Sequence record: LC680885.1
From: Staphylococcus phage S6
Length of the DNA stretch: 64,000 nucleotides
Strand: one strand, 5' to 3'
This document shows positions 1 to 9,888 of the stretch, in pieces. The stretch's first letter is position 1; each line of letters starts with the position of its first letter. The position numbers were made by a program, and so were the translations under genes. Under the pieces are notes generated by a model. That model did not search any database, was not told the DNA's origin, and saw only the letters and a program-made list of their open reading frames with translations.

Positions 1-1
1 A

Positions 2-1606
2 ACTATTTTTGATGATGGTATTAGTAGATATGTAACTAAAGACGGTTATAATATCCTAAAAAATATTAGATTTCAAGATACAATCGCTACAGCTATTTTG
101 AATTTTATTAAAGAAGTATCGTTATCACTAGTTAAATCAGTGGGAGATGGATCAACTTCATCAGTAATTAACTCACAAGCTATGTTTAAAGAAATTAATA
201 AAAGACTAAAAGAAAAAGATGATTTAGGTGGATATTCTCGTAAAGAAATTTCTGATTCATTAAATAATATGAAAGAATTAATTTCTAAAGAATTAACTTC
301 AAAATCTACTAAAATTGATCAAGATAATTTCCATAAATTAAAAAATATCGCTACAGTATCTAATAATAATGATGAAAAATTAGGAGAAATGGTTTATGAA
401 ATTTTCTCTAAAATTGGTAATAAAGGTTTTATATTCCCTGAAGTTTCTGATAATGAAGAAGACCATTATTCATTAACTAGAGGTATTGAAACACCACATG
501 CATTATTAGATAATAAATTAATTAATAATAAAGATGATCATTCAGTTGATTTTAGTAAACCTTATGTAGTTGTTGTTAATGATAAACTAACTGAAGAAGA
601 TATTGTATGGACATCAAATATTATTTCTAAAGTTAAACCGTTCTCAGGACAAGGATTAATATTCTTTGCTCCAGCTTTTTCTAAAGAGTTTAAAGATTAT
701 ATTAAAAATAATTTACATGCTAATAGAAATAATGGTTCATTACAAGCAGTTGAAACTGACTTTGAATTATCTATTGGTTCTCATTATCATGATCCAGAAA
801 AATTAGAAGATTTAGCTATATATACAGGTGGTTCTATTATTGATAAAACTATGGAAAAAGAAGATTTCTATAAACAAGTTGAGTCTATTGTAGAACTTCC
901 TGAAAATGACCCAGAATGGTTATTATTTAAAGAAACTGTAATTGGTAGAGCTGAAAGAATTACTATTGATAATTTTAAAACACAAATTATTAATGGTTAT
1001 GGTAATGGTACTCAAAAACTTAAAGATAGAATTTCAGAAATTAATAATGAGATAACTTATTATACTGATATGAATTCAGATCAAGCTATTACAGCTATTA
1101 CTGATTTACAAAAACGAGCAAATTCTTTAAATAATGCTATTGCTAAATTATACGTTGGTGGTTCTTCTCAAGCAGAAAAAACTTCTAGACTATACTTAGT
1201 AGAGGATTCAGTGCATGCTTCTAAATCTGCTTTAGAATACGGTTATGTATCTGGAGGTAACTTATCAGTAAATAAAGTTATTAAAAATATCAATAGAGAC
1301 GTTTTAAGTGATTTAGATAATCTAACATTAGATTTAATTGATATATCTTCAAGAGAAGTTTATCATAAAGTATTAGAAAACTTTAATAGATTTAGTTCGG
1401 GAGAAATTGAATCTATCACTCAAACTTGTATAGATAAAGATGCTATATTGAATATTAAAAATAATGAATATGAAGATGATGTTAATACAGATATTATCAA
1501 CTCAGTAGAGACAGATATCAAAATATTAGAAACAACTATTAGTATTATAGGATTGATTTCACTAAGTAACCAATTCTTAACTAATTCAGTCATTATTCCA
1601 CAATAA
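2..1606 (+). CDS. GroEL/Hsp60-family chaperonin (phage-encoded), 5' end lies outside the window
   Basis: The reading frame is open from base 2, so the ATG at 98 is internal. The N-terminal stretch TKDGYNILKNIRFQDTIATAILNFIKEVSLSLVKSVGDGSTSSVI aligns with the GroEL equatorial segment [41 protein letters not shown]. The 502+ aa length fits a GroEL missing about 45 N-terminal residues. There is no C-terminal GGM tail, as in other phage chaperonins. Confidence 0.72.
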   Translation, partial: TIFDDGISRYVTKDGYNILKNIRFQDTIATAILNFIKEVSLSLVKSVGDGSTSSVINSQAMFKEINKRLKEKDDLGGYSRKEISDSLNNMKELISKELTSKSTKIDQDNFHKLKNIATVSNNNDEKLGEMVYEIFSKIGNKGFIFPEVSDNEEDHYSLTRGIETPHALLDNKLINNKDDHSVDFSKPYVVVVNDKLTEEDIVWTSNIISKVKPFSGQGLIFFAPAFSKEFKDYIKNNLHANRNNGSLQAVETDFELSIGSHYHDPEKLEDLAIYTGGSIIDKTMEKEDFYKQVESIVELPENDPEWLLFKETVIGRAERITIDNFKTQIINGYGNGTQKLKDRISEINNEITYYTDMNSDQAITAITDLQKRANSLNNAIAKLYVGGSSQAEKTSRLYLVEDSVHASKSALEYGYVSGGNLSVNKVIKNINRDVLSDLDNLTLDLIDISSREVYHKVLENFNRFSSGEIESITQTCIDKDAILNIKNNEYEDDVNTDIINSVETDIKILETTISIIGLISLSNQFLTNSVIIPQ

Positions 1607-1614
1607 AACTTATT

Positions 1615-1655
1615 GCCGAAACCATTTGAACATTAATGGTTTCGGCTTATTTTTG
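1615..1655 (+). terminator. Rho-independent terminator after the chaperonin gene
   Basis: Perfect 12-bp stem GCCGAAACCATT / AATGGTTTCGGC with a 7-nt loop, followed by TTATTTTTG. Confidence 0.7.
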
Positions 1656-1775
1656 TGAATATAATTATCTTAATAATCTTTTTTACAAAATTAGATTTTT
1701 ATGATTTTTTATTTGCTTTTTTGCTAATTTTTTGTTATAATTAAAAATATATTAAGTAGGAGGAATTATATAAAA

Positions 1776-2549
1776 TTGACTAATTTTACAGCTTCTCAAT
1801 TTCTCAAAAACCCTACAGGAAAAGGTTCAGCTACAGTAGCTAGACGTGATAGAATCATATTAGATATGAGAACTAGATTTTCTTATCTTTATAAAAAGAA
1901 TAGAAAGAATTTTAAATTAAAAATATTCTTATATCAAGATAAATACTATTTCTATTTCCAAATACCTTCAGAAGATTATTTTAAAGAGAATCTATCTTAT
2001 GATGTTATTATTGAATTTAGACCACCTAATGAAAGAGCAGCTAAAGCAAAAGATCTTAATAATTACTTAATAAGATTTATTAGTAATTCACCTAACTTTA
2101 TGTTTACATATGGTTATCTATATAATAAAGATGATTTACTAATAAGTTGGTTAAGTTATAAATTAGGACCTAAGGCTTTAAATCAACCTCCAGAAGTTAG
2201 AAACCCTAGACTTGAATACGGTTTTGAGAAATCAGTTTATTTTGCACTTCTGTATTTAGAGACTAACCCTAAAGCATTAAAAAATCCGCTTCATTTGACA
2301 TTACCTAACAGACAAAGAATTAAAAGTTCTTTCAAATCTTCAGAATTAAAATTACGTGAATACAATAAGATTAAAAAACAGAAAAATTCTTCTAAGAAAA
2401 ACTCATCAGGTATTAAAAGACAAATAAGTAATCGTGTCGATAAAAGAAATGAAGAAAAGAAAAGAGTAACTAAACCTATTAATAGAAAAGTTAAACCTAT
2501 AGGTAAGGTTAAAAAAGTTAAGAAGACTAACTCTATAAAACGAAAATGA
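1776..2549 (+). CDS. hypothetical protein with a strongly basic K/R-rich C-terminal tail (possible nucleic-acid-binding or internal virion protein)
   Basis: TTG start 12 nt after AGGAGG. 257 aa. The last ~80 residues are lysine/arginine-rich. Confidence 0.5.
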   Translation: MTNFTASQFLKNPTGKGSATVARRDRIILDMRTRFSYLYKKNRKNFKLKIFLYQDKYYFYFQIPSEDYFKENLSYDVIIEFRPPNERAAKAKDLNNYLIRFISNSPNFMFTYGYLYNKDDLLISWLSYKLGPKALNQPPEVRNPRLEYGFEKSVYFALLYLETNPKALKNPLHLTLPNRQRIKSSFKSSELKLREYNKIKKQKNSSKKNSSGIKRQISNRVDKRNEEKKRVTKPINRKVKPIGKVKKVKKTNSIKRK

Positions 2550-2625
2550 TTTATTAAATATATATTATATAAATGATAAATAATACTTATTTATCATAAT
2601 TATTATTTAAGGAGAGTGCCTGATA

Positions 2626-4359
2626 TTGGATAAAGTTAAAGAATTAGAGTACAAAGAGGATTTAGATTTAAAAAAGATTGATGAATTAGTTAATAATGAC
2701 GTGGAAGTACCCCTATTATCTAGTAATGTCAATAAGCTTAAAAGAGTCTCTGGTAATTTTGAATTAACTAATGAATACATTAATTCTAAAGACTTAGATA
2801 CACTTGAAAGAAAAAATAAAAATGGTAAAATTGAATTGGAGTACATACAGAGAACAGATATTCTACCATTAGTTAAATTTATTGAAAGTGAAAAGAATGA
2901 TACTATATTTATAGATTTCAATAAGATATTAGAAACTGATAATCGTAAAGTACCTAAGGATGAAGAGTTTGATAATATATTTACTATTCAAATTAAACAA
3001 AGATCTTACAAGAGTATTTTAGATTATATTGTAAATGATATGAATTTTATAGTTAATGAGATTCCTCACATAATGATTAAAGGTGCTACTATATTAAGTA
3101 AGATAGCTAAATTAAGAGAGAATTATAAAGAAGAAGATTTCTTCAGAGATATTCAGAATATTATTGAAGATGAAGATTTAAGAAATGTTATTAGAAATAT
3201 TGTTGATAATAACTATACAATTAATTTAGATCAAACTAATGCTGAAGCTATGTTACAAAGTAAGAAAGTTATTAAGAGAGATTTACAAGTAACTGACCAA
3301 GTAAATAAATCATTCTTATCTACAGCTGTAATGCAAAGATTTATTATTCCGTTTATTAGTCAATATTATGTAACTACCAATAAGTATCATTGTGAAAATT
3401 CTGATGCAGATAAGGAAAGAACTAAAAATGGTTACTTTAAAGCATTTAATTATTGTATGTGTATTTCTTCATTCGATTATAATGTAAGTAATAATAATAA
3501 ACTTTATAAAATTGTAGAACCTAAAGTAATCAAAACAAAATACAATGATAGAGTTATCTGGAGATTCTTAGATTTACGTTCAATTGACCCTGACACTGTT
3601 ATTAATAAAATAATGGATAAAATCATTAGACAAATTGTATGTAAATTATTAGTAGATACTTCTGCAGTATCTTACTTTACGTCTGTTATTAAATTCTCAA
3701 TCGATTATGAATTTCAGTACAAATATCCAATTAAGTTTAGATCAATACGTTTATCTACAGATGATGACGATGATGAAGATAGCTTCGATAAATTCCAAAT
3801 GAATAACTTCCATAAAGTTAATGAACGTTTAGATTTAGCTAATAAAATCACTATTGATAGATTTATTAATGAACGTTTAGAAGAATTAAATATTAGTGAT
3901 GATTACATTAATCGTTTATATGATAAATTTGATTATATTAATGACTTACAATCTCATTTAATTAAAGTTTATTTTGCTGAATACTTTAACGTTAATACAA
4001 ATGATAGAAAGAGCATTGTTTCATTACTGGCTATTATGTCTAAAGAACTTATTGATAATAATATGGAAACTTTAGGAAAAATAGTAGCAAGTAAAGTTGT
4101 TTCAGGTACAAAAGCTAAAAATGTAGGTAAATTATCATTAGACGTAATTGCAGATAAATATTATATTGCTGCTTGGGATAAATATAGATTTATCAATGAT
4201 ATTACTGAAAAAGATAACTTTATCTTACGTATAGCATTAGTAAATGGATATTCATTTAACTTCACTCCTGAAGATAAAGAAGAAGATGAAGAAGTTATTG
4301 CTGATATTGATAAGAAATACTTTATCTCTGAAGTATCACAATTTATTTCTCAATACTAA
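2626..4359 (+). CDS. hypothetical protein (577 aa)
   Basis: Long ORF with a TTG start 8 nt after GGAGAGTG. Contains an acidic DDDDDED stretch. No recognisable motif. Confidence 0.5.
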   Translation: MDKVKELEYKEDLDLKKIDELVNNDVEVPLLSSNVNKLKRVSGNFELTNEYINSKDLDTLERKNKNGKIELEYIQRTDILPLVKFIESEKNDTIFIDFNKILETDNRKVPKDEEFDNIFTIQIKQRSYKSILDYIVNDMNFIVNEIPHIMIKGATILSKIAKLRENYKEEDFFRDIQNIIEDEDLRNVIRNIVDNNYTINLDQTNAEAMLQSKKVIKRDLQVTDQVNKSFLSTAVMQRFIIPFISQYYVTTNKYHCENSDADKERTKNGYFKAFNYCMCISSFDYNVSNNNKLYKIVEPKVIKTKYNDRVIWRFLDLRSIDPDTVINKIMDKIIRQIVCKLLVDTSAVSYFTSVIKFSIDYEFQYKYPIKFRSIRLSTDDDDDEDSFDKFQMNNFHKVNERLDLANKITIDRFINERLEELNISDDYINRLYDKFDYINDLQSHLIKVYFAEYFNVNTNDRKSIVSLLAIMSKELIDNNMETLGKIVASKVVSGTKAKNVGKLSLDVIADKYYIAAWDKYRFINDITEKDNFILRIALVNGYSFNFTPEDKEEDEEVIADIDKKYFISEVSQFISQY

Positions 4360-4379
4360 AAAAAAAAATATTAAAAATT

Positions 4380-4434
4380 ACCCATACACTCTATATTAAT
4401 GAGTGTATGGGTATATTATTTCTTTTTTTTTTTT
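4380..4434. terminator. bidirectional Rho-independent terminator between convergent genes
   Basis: 12-bp stem ACCCATACACTC / GAGTGTATGGGT, preceded by an A-run and followed by a 13-nt T-run. Confidence 0.75.
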
Positions 4435-4449
4435 GGATCATAGAAAATT

Positions 4450-5589
4450 TTACCGATTTAATTCTCCTTCAAATAAATAATCTATATTAATGTAAGTTCT
4501 TTCAAATATTTCTTCATTAAGTCTTTTAATCTCATTGGGATCATTAAAATCTATTATTTGAGAAGATAATATATTTTGAATTTTACTTCCATCAATTTCA
4601 TCAACTATATGAGGATGATTGAATAGTTTAAACCTTTTAATTAGTTCTTCTAACTTTTCTTCTTTTAATTCATTTTCAAATAGCTTTCTTAAAGATGATT
4701 CATTATTATATTCTTTTAGAGGAGATAATTTTAAATCAGATATCATTTTATCTAATAATTTTACAGTTGATACTGGACCATAGCTTGGTATTGATTTGTA
4801 TTCTTGATCTTTATGTTCCATAAATAAGTTATATAAGTCTAATATATTATAATCTATATTAACAAAATCGTTAATATCTTTTTTAGTACTAGAGCTAAAT
4901 AATTCGTCTTTAATATTCTCTTTAGTTATTACTTTACTCTTTTCTGATCCACGTAGTTCTAATAGTAATAATCTATCTTTATATTTTAATAACTGTCTAT
5001 ATATTTTATCGTTACTAACTATTAATGAATAATCATCATCATTTTCAATATTAGTTTTAGATAATATATAATAAGGTAATATAGTTGGTTCTATTTTATA
5101 AGTGTCTATAAAATATGCGTTAGGTATATATTTAACTATAGTTTTAACTAATTCTAAAGTTGATTTAATAGTCTTATTAGTATCTCTATAAGTTATATTG
5201 TCTTTATCCATCTTTTTATAATATTCTTTCTTATACCCTTCATCAATATTAGTATGATATATTGACTCTTTATCTGAATAGAATAGGAAGAATCTACTAT
5301 GCATATTTAATCTACTAGCGAAGAAATGTCTATAATGTCCTATTATATTAACTAATTCAACAACTAAATTCAATCTATCTTTAGTTTTTACATGTGTAAA
5401 ATTTTCAGCTATTTGAGGTGAATACAATTGTTTAATAACTGAATTTAAATCTACATATATAGTTACATTATCATTTTTAGTATTACTACCAAACCTACCT
5501 CCTTCTACATAAGGTCTAACTAACTCAGTCATTTTGTTATAATTTAATTTTTTAGAGTTTATTATACGTTCTATTATACTAATATCCAT
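4450..5589 (-). CDS. hypothetical protein
   Basis: Minus-strand ORF. The likely start is the second Met (MDISIIERI...), preceded by AGGATGTGgaatacatATG. The track start at 5610 has no SD. Confidence 0.5.
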   Translation of the reverse strand: MDISIIERIINSKKLNYNKMTELVRPYVEGGRFGSNTKNDNVTIYVDLNSVIKQLYSPQIAENFTHVKTKDRLNLVVELVNIIGHYRHFFASRLNMHSRFFLFYSDKESIYHTNIDEGYKKEYYKKMDKDNITYRDTNKTIKSTLELVKTIVKYIPNAYFIDTYKIEPTILPYYILSKTNIENDDDYSLIVSNDKIYRQLLKYKDRLLLLELRGSEKSKVITKENIKDELFSSSTKKDINDFVNIDYNILDLYNLFMEHKDQEYKSIPSYGPVSTVKLLDKMISDLKLSPLKEYNNESSLRKLFENELKEEKLEELIKRFKLFNHPHIVDEIDGSKIQNILSSQIIDFNDPNEIKRLNEEIFERTYINIDYLFEGELNR

Positions 5590-5716
5590 ATGTATTCCAC
5601 ATCCTTTCATTGTTATAATATATAATTATATATTAATTCGTAATTTTATAAAAATTGATATTACCTAGTAACATTCACTTATAATAATAAGTATCGGGAA
5701 GTCGGTGAATTAAAAA

Positions 5717-6991
5717 TTGATAGAAAGCTTGATTACTAAAAAAATATTTAATATAAAATTAATAGCATTGTATTCAGATGGAACTACTGATGATTTATCT
5801 CAATTTATTAAGAGATCTAGAATAGAAATGAACTTCCAAGAATATATTATGCCATACTATAGATTTATATTAAGATTGCCTAAAGAGACTATAATTAAGA
5901 TTAATAAAGATAGAGATAAAGTAGTATTTTCTTTTTCTTCAGATATGATTACTACTGATGCTGAAAGTGAAAGTTTATCTGTTCCTTTTTATGAAGAAAT
6001 AATATTAAAACCATTAATGGATTTAAGTAATCCAGTTAATTATGATGATAGAGTAACTAGAACTGATGAAGATCAAAAACATTTATTTGATAGATATGAA
6101 CTAGTTGCTATATCTGAAGAAACGTTGAAAACTAATAAACCTATAGTTTCAGGTATCTATAATAACTGTACTGTCAGTGAAGTAGTCACTGATCTATTAA
6201 GTAATTTAAAAAATAGAGAGATATACTTACACGAGATAGATAATAACAAAATATATGAACAGATTATCTTACTTCCTGCAAACGTATATGATAATATAAA
6301 ATTTATTGATGACGTATACGGTATATATAATAGGGAAATTAAGATGTTTAACCATGAAACAGGATTAAATATTTTACCAATGTCTGGATTTGATCCTAAT
6401 GAGATAGGTAAAGTTAAAGTAGAAATAAGATTTCCATCAAATCAAACTGATGAAGAAATCATAGAAGGATCTTACGAACAAATATCTGAAGAGGATGACT
6501 TAGTTAGAAATAAAAATATAGTAACAAGAATTAATAATGTATCTTTAGTAGATAATACAAGATTATTTAATGAATTAATTGGTTCAGAAATTAATTTATT
6601 TGGAATGGATAATGAGACAGAATACACTAAATTAAATACATATCGTAGAGATATGGAAGATAGAAATGGACCTATTAATAAAGTTAAAGTATATGACGAT
6701 ATTTATGATAATCCTTATAGTTTAGAAAAAGAATTTAATAACAGTAAAGATATAATATTAAAGATACAGTTAAATGATATTGATTTGACTATGGAAGATA
6801 CTTTCAAGCAATTTGATATAGAGTTCTTTAATGAATATTATAAACACTATAACGGTTTTTATGAATTATTATCTATTAATCAAGAATATAAAAATGCAAG
6901 TAAAGCTTTAGTCTTATCAAACTATGTTACATTAAGAAAGATAACTGATCATACATTTATTAAGAATGATAAAAATAATCCCAATACCTAA
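5717..6991 (+). CDS. hypothetical protein (424 aa)
   Basis: ORF with a TTG start 8 nt after GTCGGTGAA. No recognisable motif. Confidence 0.5.
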   Translation: MIESLITKKIFNIKLIALYSDGTTDDLSQFIKRSRIEMNFQEYIMPYYRFILRLPKETIIKINKDRDKVVFSFSSDMITTDAESESLSVPFYEEIILKPLMDLSNPVNYDDRVTRTDEDQKHLFDRYELVAISEETLKTNKPIVSGIYNNCTVSEVVTDLLSNLKNREIYLHEIDNNKIYEQIILLPANVYDNIKFIDDVYGIYNREIKMFNHETGLNILPMSGFDPNEIGKVKVEIRFPSNQTDEEIIEGSYEQISEEDDLVRNKNIVTRINNVSLVDNTRLFNELIGSEINLFGMDNETEYTKLNTYRRDMEDRNGPINKVKVYDDIYDNPYSLEKEFNNSKDIILKIQLNDIDLTMEDTFKQFDIEFFNEYYKHYNGFYELLSINQEYKNASKALVLSNYVTLRKITDHTFIKNDKNNPNT

Positions 6992-7012
6992 ATGAATTAT
7001 AGGTATTGGGAT
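6978..7012. terminator. bidirectional terminator hairpin overlapping the stop codon of 5717..6991
   Basis: Stem ATCCCAATACCTA / TAGGTATTGGGAT (13 bp) with a 9-nt loop, sitting between convergent genes. Confidence 0.6.
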
Positions 7013-7018
7013 AAATTA

Positions 7019-7753
7019 TTAACCGATGTATTTTTGAACATCATTTAATACATCTACATGACTCTTCATAGCATTATTAATTACTTTTCTATAAAGTACA
7101 TTAAGTTTATTAAGATCATTAACCATTCGTTGGTTTTCTCTTATTTTTTCTTCTTCAATTTCTTTATTAGCAAATTTAATTGAAGTCTCTGAAGCGGATT
7201 TCATTGTATCTGCTGAAATCTTAAATGATTTAGCGAATGATTTAGCTTCATTGAATTGTTCAAAAGATTTATTAACGACATAATCTAAATCAATAGACAT
7301 TGTTAATGGTATTTCCAAGTAATGATCATTTTCTTCTAATTCTTTTTCAAAGTCATGGTATTTCATTGGGAAACTATCATGACCTGCATAATTTAAAGTA
7401 TTTTCATACTTTCTTAAATCGGCAGCTTTCCATATATTAAATACTGAAGCTGGACCTGAAAGTTTACTCATTACGTTATTTATTTGCTCTTTATTCTTTT
7501 TAATTTTCTTAAGTGTAGATTTAGTTTTAATTGTAACTCTGTTAAAATTAGTATTAAAGAATTTCATAAATTTAACTAATCCATTCTTAATTAATGATAG
7601 TATATTTAAGAAAAATTCTTTAACAGTTTGAAAGAAATCTTTAACAGGCGATTCGTTTAGAGTATTTAATTCATTATTAAACTTTAATGATTCATTTACA
7701 ATTTCAATTTCTTCCTTTAAGAATTCGTTATTATAATCTTTATTTTCTAACAA
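7019..7753 (-). CDS. hypothetical protein (244 aa)
   Basis: Minus-strand ORF. TTG start 10 nt after AGGAGA. Confidence 0.5.
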   Translation of the reverse strand: MLENKDYNNEFLKEEIEIVNESLKFNNELNTLNESPVKDFFQTVKEFFLNILSLIKNGLVKFMKFFNTNFNRVTIKTKSTLKKIKKNKEQINNVMSKLSGPASVFNIWKAADLRKYENTLNYAGHDSFPMKYHDFEKELEENDHYLEIPLTMSIDLDYVVNKSFEQFNEAKSFAKSFKISADTMKSASETSIKFANKEIEEEKIRENQRMVNDLNKLNVLYRKVINNAMKSHVDVLNDVQKYIG

Positions 7754-7787
7754 GAAGAATCTTTCTCCTTTCTTTATTAAATAAAAA

Positions 7788-7820
7788 GACCTAATACCCT
7801 ATTATTAAGAGTATTAGGTC
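7788..7820 (-). terminator. terminator hairpin for minus-strand gene 7841..8635
   Basis: Stem GACCTAATAC / GTATTAGGTC (10 bp), followed on the minus strand by a T-rich run. Confidence 0.6.
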
Positions 7821-7840
7821 CTATATATTATAGAAATTTA

Positions 7841-8635
7841 TTATTTTTTGGCAGCAGCTTTTTCTTCTTTTTTACCTGCACTATTAATAGCTTTAGCGGC
7901 AGTAAATGCTGTAGCTAATGTTTGGTTAGATAATTTAACAGCTTTAGATACAGCTGTACGAGCTAATGAATGTGCTTTAGAAGCATTTCCAGCAACACGT
8001 TTTTTCTCAGTGATAGCTTCTTTATCACCTTTAGCGGCAGCTGTTACGCCTTCTTTTGCAACACGTTGAGCTTCTTTATTAGTTTGGTCTACTACTTTAG
8101 CAGCAGCTTTAACTTCACGTACTGAACCTTCAGCAGCTTGAGCAGCTTTAGAAGCATCACTAATGTTAGAAATAGTTCCAGAAACTAAATTCTTTTCATC
8201 AGCAACACCTGATTTAGCTCTTTCGAAACCACGATCAAAGTTGTTACCATCTGGTTTAGCTAATTCGTTTAAGTTTTTCAAAGCAGAAGGTGCTAATAAA
8301 GAATAACTTTTAGCTTCTTCAAGTTTAGCAGAAGATTTAACTCCAGCGATATATTTTTTAACATTTAAAGTACGAGCTTGTAATTTGTTGAATGCTTCAA
8401 CGAAGAAAGCAGTGAATTTTTTGAATGCTTCAGCGATAGCTTTAGCGATTTTGATGAAGAATTCTTTAGCTTTTTGAGCATATTCTTTTAATTTGCTAGA
8501 ACCTTGTTCTTCACCTGCAACATCGTCTTCAGCTTCAGTAAGTACATTAACACTTTCTAGAACGAAAAGTTCTGTTTGAGTTGCTTCTAATTCCTCTTGT
8601 AGAGAAACAGTTTCGAATGATTGATTTTGTAACAT
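7841..8635 (-). CDS. Ala/Lys-rich low-complexity protein (histone-H1/AlgP-like KAAAK repeats; possible DNA-binding or scaffold/internal virion protein)
   Basis: Start is GGAGGAAATTATATAATG. About 25% Ala with repeated AAKA/KAAAK motifs. Local GC is clearly above the window average. Confidence 0.5.
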   Translation of the reverse strand: MLQNQSFETVSLQEELEATQTELFVLESVNVLTEAEDDVAGEEQGSSKLKEYAQKAKEFFIKIAKAIAEAFKKFTAFFVEAFNKLQARTLNVKKYIAGVKSSAKLEEAKSYSLLAPSALKNLNELAKPDGNNFDRGFERAKSGVADEKNLVSGTISNISDASKAAQAAEGSVREVKAAAKVVDQTNKEAQRVAKEGVTAAAKGDKEAITEKKRVAGNASKAHSLARTAVSKAVKLSNQTLATAFTAAKAINSAGKKEEKAAAKK

Positions 8636-8679
8636 TATATAATTTCCTCCATTTATTTTATAATTTAAATTTTTTAATA

Positions 8680-9711
8680 TCAGAAACTAATATTAAAATC
8701 AGTTTCTAATTCTTTTCCTATTTCTGCATCTATTTGTTCTGATTCTGATTTACCTTGAACTTCAGCTACCCCAGAATCAATATCAATTTTATCAGCTAAT
8801 TTATTTAAACGTTCAGTAGCTTTATTTTGTTTCTCACGTGATCTATCTGATAAATCATTATTTTGTTCACCTTCAATGATTTTAACAGCTTCACGTAAAT
8901 ATTCAGCTATATCTGAACGAGTTTTAATTACTTTAATATAAGCTTGTTTTGTTAAATATAAAGCTAGCATAGAACCTGCAATAACCATTATAGAAATGCT
9001 GCCGTATTTAATAGTTTTTTCTGACATTTTTAAGTATTTATTATCTTTAGCTTTTTTAGCTAAATCTACTATATCATCAAAACTAAATTCTTCATTAGCA
9101 TTTACAAAAGAGCCATCAAATTTAAAAATTTCTTTAAGCTTTCCTGCTTTATACATTTTTAAAACATTTTCCAAAGTATTTACTTCTAAAGAATTTTTAT
9201 TTTTAAGTTTTTTACCATCAAATTGTAATTTACCATCTTCATTACTAAATCCTAAGAAGAATAATTGTGAAGTTAATAACATAACTGTTGATGCTAAAGT
9301 AGTATAAACGATTTGACCAACTTCATTACCATTATTAAAACATTTTTTAAAGTTATTTTTTTCTTTTTCAAGTAAGTTTACAGAATTCTCAATAGTATCA
9401 AAAACGGAAATAAGTTTAGGGTCAAAGCTATTAGATTTTTGACTTTTTATGTATTTAAAAGTCTTTTCAAAATCTTTATAAGCTTTAACCTTTTTAAAAT
9501 CGCCTTTACTAGAAAGGATCGATTTTAAATTTTTATTTCCAGATTTTTTCAACATTTTTTCAGATGTTTTAGAGATTGCAACCGAAAGAGCTTCCATCTT
9601 TTCTTCTGGTTCTAATCTTTTAAAAGGTCTGAATGGTAAAGAGAATTCCTGTAAAACTCTTTGTGTAATTGCATCTTCAGTTAGAAGATGTTTTCTTTCA
9701 AGAAGTTCCAC
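8680..9711 (-). CDS. hypothetical membrane protein (two predicted TM helices)
   Basis: GTG start 6 nt after GGAAGTGGAGA. Hydrophobic segments VYTTLASTVMLLTSQLFFLGF and YGSISIMVIAGSMLALYL. Confidence 0.5.
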   Translation of the reverse strand: MELLERKHLLTEDAITQRVLQEFSLPFRPFKRLEPEEKMEALSVAISKTSEKMLKKSGNKNLKSILSSKGDFKKVKAYKDFEKTFKYIKSQKSNSFDPKLISVFDTIENSVNLLEKEKNNFKKCFNNGNEVGQIVYTTLASTVMLLTSQLFFLGFSNEDGKLQFDGKKLKNKNSLEVNTLENVLKMYKAGKLKEIFKFDGSFVNANEEFSFDDIVDLAKKAKDNKYLKMSEKTIKYGSISIMVIAGSMLALYLTKQAYIKVIKTRSDIAEYLREAVKIIEGEQNNDLSDRSREKQNKATERLNKLADKIDIDSGVAEVQGKSESEQIDAEIGKELETDFNISF

Positions 9712-9888
9712 AGGGAATCTCCACTTCCTTTCTAGGAGTTAATCCAAATATAATAAAATAATAAATGAAACCTACACGCTAATATAAATTTTCATTTTAT
9801 ATTTTATAAATTTTTGTTCTAAATATAATTTCATTAATTTATTCAAATTAAGAAATATATCTTATTATATAATAACTGTTTCTATTAA

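Noticed and set aside
7848-8069. Antisense or overlapping short ORFs in the track (7848-8069+, 8996-9307+, 2607-2921-, 11006-11281+, 17796-18002-, 29365-29598-, 29986-30264-, 31690-31926-, 34232-34552-, 37715-37987-, 39921-40172-, 43554-43808-, 45542-45874-, 50069-50335-, 51357-51566-, 51987-52382-, 60435-60698-, 60891-61124-, 61332-61526-, 20448-20657+, 21909-22241+)
   Set aside because: Each lies inside, and antisense to, a much longer gene with a good start context. Each lacks an SD and has low-complexity S/L/I-rich translations typical of AT-rich antisense frames.
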